From Squalus acanthias (lineage: Eukaryota), in assembly GCA_030390025.1 (NCBI GenBank), contig CM059431.1:122080001-122144000 (forward strand): a stretch of DNA of 64,000 nucleotides, in the 5' to 3' direction. Made by a program: the position numbers and the translations under genes. Under the pieces are notes generated by a model. It was not told the DNA's origin. It searched no databases and saw nothing but the letters and a program-made list of their open reading frames with translations. Below are positions 61,698-64,000 of this stretch, in pieces (position 1 is the first letter of the stretch; every line of letters begins with the position of its first letter).

Positions 61698-61983
61698 GGG
61701 GGGACGATTTTCCCATTGGAGGCGGGTTGGAGGGGGGCTTCAGTTTGTGCTGGGTTCCAAACCCGCCTCCACTATCAGGTGGGAAAAATTTGCGATTTTC
61801 CCCTAATTGGCCAGTTAGTTTCAGAGGTGTGGGTTCCCCTGGGCCAATTAGTCTTTTGGGACTGAAACTCTCCTCTGCTGACGTCACTTATCCAGCTTCA
61901 TTTAAGGGCTGCTTGCTGCCTTGGCTCATTCCACTGGTTTTTGGTCGATGCTGCACCACCTCCAACTTTTATCTCATTGACGA

Positions 61984-64000
61984 ATGGCCAGCTCCAAGGC
62001 AAGGGCCTCCCCGAAGTTCTCGGATGAGGCGCTGGGTATCCTGGTTAAGGGGGCGAGAGCTAGCAGGGAGGTGCTCTTCCCCTCAACTGGGAGGAAGAGG
62101 CCTCCCAAAGAAACCAAGGGCAGAATTTTCATTGACCCTTGGAGGCGGGTTTGGAGGCGTGTGGGGTGGGAAAATAGCAGATTCGGGGGTCCCGAACCCA
62201 TCCCGCCCCCAACTCGCCTCCATGCCAGTTTCGCTGGAGGCGGGTACCCGACCTGTGCTGGGAGCCACCTCCCCGAGGCGGGAAGGGGATTAGTGACGAT
62301 TAACTGCCTGTTAACAGGTAGTAAACAGGCAGTTTGTTGCCTAATCCCTATTTTTAGCCCTGAAGTGTGGGCTACCCGACGGCTCCAAACAACGCCGTTT
62401 TAGCAAGGCGGACCGTGGGTCTGCAGGGGTTGGAGGGGTCGATATGTCCGGTGGGCAGGTGAGTGATGGGTGCATGTGTGCAGAGGTAAGTGTGCAAGGT
62501 AAGTGTAAAGTGTGGAAAAAAGTTTTACTTACCTTAACTTCCTCCTGCAGGTGTCAGCCCTTCAGGACTCGGGAGTCAGAAATCTCACCGGCACAGAAAG
62601 CAGAATGGCCGTGGAGCTGTCAAAAACTGTAGCCTCTGTTTTTTGTTCTGCAGAGATCTCTAAATCAGCCTGAGAGGAAGGAATTAACTTAGAGGACAGA
62701 TTGTCAGTGTTTGACAGCTTCAAGGAGCTGTCAAACGCTGATATTTCATCTATCAAAAGCTCTTGACAGATGAAATGTCAATCTGTGAGGTCACCTGTTG
62801 CCGGGTGGCCCTTAATTGGCCTGCTGAGCCCGCTGGGCAGGCTCAACAAGGTCAATCAAGGAAAAACCGAGTGGGTTGGCCACAACTCGATGGAGGTGGG
62901 ACTACAACCCCAAAAGTGGGAGTCCCGCCTCCTGCTTGCCTCCATTGATAAAATCCAGCCCCAAGACTGTGTGGGTCCAGCTGGCAAGGGATATAACCTC
63001 CAGATCTGTGTGCAGCAGGATATGGCTGCAGTGCTGTAAAAGGTTCAATGACCTTGTAAGATCAGGCAATGTGAGTATATCTTCAGCTTGACCCTCCTTC
63101 TGCTCCCCTTCTCCTCTCATCACCAGCACTCTGCATTATCAACCTCCTCCTACACATCCCACTTTACCCTTACAACCCTTGCACCCTTCACCATCCCTCT
63201 CACTCTATGAACCCAATCACTTCACTATTCGACTATACTGCCCTCACAATCCCTTTCAAATTTATGCAATGATAAAATGATAACGCACAGGGAGGGCCCT
63301 TGGACATGGAACCTCACTCCATCTTTGTCTCCTTCTAAGCATCTATGCTCTGGACTCTCTACACTCACTCCATCATTCTCACTCCAACTCCACTTGTCTC
63401 CCTCACTGCAGGAAAAGAGAGCCCACAATAGAAGCAAATGGGTGAAGACAGGAGGAGGACCACCTTCCCTCACCCTTCTCACCCAGGCTGAAGTGGCGGC
63501 CCTGGACATCGCTGGCGCAGAGGTGGAGGTGAAAGTGGGGGACAGACAGATGGGCGATGCAGACCAAGCTGGTGACAGAATAGTTTTGCATCTCTCTCAT
63601 TTACACTGCTTGAGTGACTGAAATGGCTGCTGGTGTACATTATTAGAATGCCACTTGAGCATCTGCACTATTGCATCTGCATGCCACACTTCCGTCAAAT
63701 GTCTAACCCATGCCTTTACTCCCCCACAGGACCATGCACAGAGCACCCGCCTCCCACTGTCGACGAGGAAGAGGCTGAGCAGCAAGACTCCTCAGAGGAA
63801 ACTGCAACCTCTGAGGATGCAGTGTCAGCAGATGTAAGCGCACCCAGCACCAGCGCAGATACGCACACCTCGGTGGGACCATTGAGACAATGTTGTCACC
63901 GTGTGTATCACATCTCACAGGTGAGCATCAGCAGGTGGTGGAGACAGGGACAGCAGTGGAGAGTCCTCATCGGAGGTCGCAGGACTCTCCTAGCTCTGAT
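61984..64000 (+). pseudogene. Harbinger E Myb/SANT-like gene (exon 1 61984-63070 split by MITE, exon 2 63412-63571, exon 3 from 63730)
   Basis: MASSKARASPKFSDEALGILV..KETK|TVWVQLA..RIWLQCCKRFNDLVRSGN|GTGAGT; ctgcag|EKRAHNRSKWVKTGGG; ccacag| acidic exon 3. Confidence 0.85.
62118..62961 (+). mobile_element. Harbinger MITE family B, copy 3
   Basis: GGGCAGAATTTT / AAAATCCAGCCC ends, perfect CAA TSD; removal restores the Myb reading frame. Confidence 0.92.

Larger units (their letters stand above)
61698..64000 (+). mobile_element. Harbinger element E, left part (continues beyond window)
   Basis: GGGGGGACGATTTT TIR-like start where homology to element C breaks; tttaaggg box at about 61901; Myb gene follows. 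Confidence 0.82.

Noticed and set aside
1..64000. Prokaryotic defence, retron or DGR-type RT systems
   Set aside because: All RT domains belong to CR1/L2-group LINEs or Gypsy; spliceosomal introns and SINEs show the DNA is from a vertebrate.

Overview
Eukaryotic (vertebrate, most likely cartilaginous-fish/shark-like, judged from the repeat families) genomic DNA made largely of nested transposable elements. No host protein-coding gene, RNA gene or CRISPR array can be confidently called. Content: (i) two decayed two-gene PIF/Harbinger transposons (spliced Myb/SANT-like gene on +, HARBI1-like DDE transposase on -, convergent), the start of a third, two deletion derivatives and many MITEs with short G-rich TIRs and 3-bp TSDs; (ii) many CR1 LINEs, including a near full-length copy with an esterase ORF1 and a young copy with an uninterrupted 1001-aa APE-RT ORF2; (iii) a second APE-RT LINE family (4 copies); (iv) a decayed Ty3/Gypsy element with 131-bp LTRs and a tRNA-Ser PBS; (v) four solo LTRs with 4-bp TSDs; (vi) SINE, L2 and Penelope-like relics. 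Most interesting signals: a T-TTA-AAC slippery heptamer placed exactly at the CR1 ORF1 stop with ORF2 open in the -1 frame (candidate programmed frameshift), clusters of inward-facing consensus splice donors and TATA-like boxes in the Harbinger MITEs, two related ~1.7-kb solo LTRs, a non-YxDD Gypsy RT motif and a strong + strand bias of LINEs. Family names come from motif recognition only; no database search was run.
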